A DNA stretch of 64,000 nucleotides from Tubiluchus corallicola. Its lineage: Eukaryota > Animalia > Priapulida. The stretch lies in contig JAQGDQ010000563.1 of assembly GCA_030141605.1 (NCBI GenBank), positions 16,293-80,292 on the forward strand. The letters are read 5' to 3'. The first letter of the stretch is position 1, and each line of letters begins with the position of its first letter. The notes under the pieces were generated by a model, which ran no database searches, was not told the origin of the DNA, and saw only the letters and a program-made list of their open reading frames with translations. A program made the position numbers and the translations under genes. Of the stretch, positions 61,944-64,000 are shown in pieces.

Positions 61944-64000
61944 TTCTTTTGCAATACTGATTGAAATGCTAATGACAATGTTGATCCTGCAAAGAAAATA
62001 AAGATATCTGTGGATAAGGAAAAGATATTTTAAACACATATTTAATCACATTTCAAAATTTACATTTATTAGATGAGGTTTTTCTTATAGTGAATAGTGG
62101 ATATATCGTTCCTGTAATAATTACATGTTGCCCCCTGGAAAGTATTCTGTTCTGTAATTTATTTGCTTACCAATAATATTAATTGTAACCACCTATATTC
62201 TGATGCATGCACTCGGTCGAGTATGTAAAAATCATCATTAAGGTTCCTGTATAGGCTGACAGTACACAGCCATTATAAGATTTGCCCTCTGCCTTTTGAT
62301 TACCTAAAAATTGTTTTTTCCACTTGTTATTCTATTGTTGTCAAAAATTAAGTATTGTTGCCCTGTCTAAAGCGATTGTTCTTGCAATTGCAACGATAAC
62401 ACTAAATGTAGATATTGTTGCCCATTTTGTCATAACCAATGAATTTGTTGACCTCTTCTCGTCATAAACCTTTTTGTAGTGGAAAAAGTTTGAGAGACTG
62501 AGAGAAAAAAGCGCTGACTTTGTAGGCATTAAGATTTCTAGTTTTTTTCAATTAATAGATGGCATATAGTATATAAATTTTGTAACTACGGATGCATCTT
62601 GTATGTTAACATCTTTTATGGAAGAGAGTTCCACAGTTTGATGCATGTATGCTGTAACGTGATGATTCTAGCTTGGCTGTAGTGAAGTCTTGTAGCACAT
62701 CTGTTGCAGAATCTTGTCGAAATAGTTGGTGTACAATTCGGGAGTAGTCTTGTTATTGAAATTATGCATTAGATTGAAACATTTGAATATTGCTCAAAAC
62801 TGTGAAATTTTTACTTTAACCATTACTTCTCGCTCTTTAAACAATTTACAAAGAAAATATAAAAAGCAGCTACTTGATACTTACAGTTTAATAACTAATA
62901 AAATGAATGAAATTCGTTTTTGTAGTCTAAGTTCTCACAAAACCCTATGCTTTTATGATATTAAATATGTTCTGTATCTTTTACCGCTCTCGTTTACTGT
63001 ACATTAATCATAATTATAGTCATAAATTAGAATAACTGTGATAAAATTAAGAGCTAAAAATACTATTAAAATTTTATGTTGTTAATAGAGACAGAAGCAG
63101 TAGGAATGTCTCTTTTCAGTTGCTTCAATTGCCTGTTAATTGGGCAATTAAGTCTCCTACGCCTCTAAATGCAGTGGTCCGGGTTGGAGGTATTTCCTGT
63201 GTTTTTTGGCTAATTGAGGGTAATTTAGGAATTATAGTGGAGCTTCGAATCTCCTCGTGGGGGTGGGACGAATTAGGTACTTGCCCGGGGGTCTGAGGTC
63301 CTAAGGAACTTACTTGGATAGTATTAATTTTCTAAATCCTATAATGTTCTCTAATCATCTTGCATGACAGAACAGGCTAGTATTTGTCAAAGAATGCTCT
63401 CACAAGGCGGAGATGAAAAGAGTCGTTTGAATGTGTGCCGTCAGTCGACAAAAGAATAATTTACATTACAGAGAAACCTCTATTATCTGAGATTAACCAC
63501 TATCAATGGCATCTATCAGTATAATTGTTTTCTACTATCATGGGTTTAGCAAAACATTCAGAAGAGAAAATTACTTAGCGGATTAACAGGTATAATTCAA
63601 ATTTTGTCTGGGCGAGCAGTCATTTATTCAGATATACATAAGGTGCAAAACTTGCTCAAGTCATCTGACTTCTGACACGCACACGGGTGTTCACAGAGTG
63701 TTAATTTTATAACATTAGCGACACTTTTGACGTGGAATTAGGAGCTGATTCGCGCAGAGATAGCGCGCCGATGAAGGGCATTAGGCTTGTGTTGTTTAGG
63801 GATTGCCGACTTATCTAATTGCGCTAAATGACTTGTTTGATTGTAAGTTTTTCTGATTTTGCCGCTCGTGTTTTAACTGTGTGTTTTATTGTAGTTGCTA
63901 AAGGGTAGTGTGTCCACATGTTCGTATATGGCGTCTCACAAGGTGAACTTTTGTCGCCGCTTTATGTTTTTATATCAGGCAGTTATTACTGCTGATTGTT

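Noticed and set aside
63920-63965. YGVSQGELLSPL, reminiscent of a LINE RT motif
   Set aside because: Too short, at the window edge, and with no supporting flanking motifs.

Overview
AT-rich, intron-rich animal (probably invertebrate) genomic DNA. The left third holds 13 minus-strand exons of PIGN (GPI ethanolamine-phosphate transferase 1). The gene continues off the left edge, and I could not find its first coding exon anywhere in the window. The splice acceptor of the 5'-most PIGN exon seen (21179-21300) has been amplified into a ~4-kb satellite of roughly 90 complete 3' splice sites. A full-length but broken BEL/Pao LTR retrotransposon (25290-31255) abuts the satellite. Beyond it lie two minus-strand exons of a POMK/SGK196-like kinase whose catalytic exon I could not find. 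The right end carries a two-exon CHST11-like sulfotransferase with a solo LTR in its intron, and an intronless GT-A glycosyltransferase. The rest is MITEs (hAT-, Harbinger- and Kolobok-like), LINE relics, an RTE-derived bipartite SINE and many tandem arrays. All calls are by eye without database searches, and comparisons to human genes are from memory.
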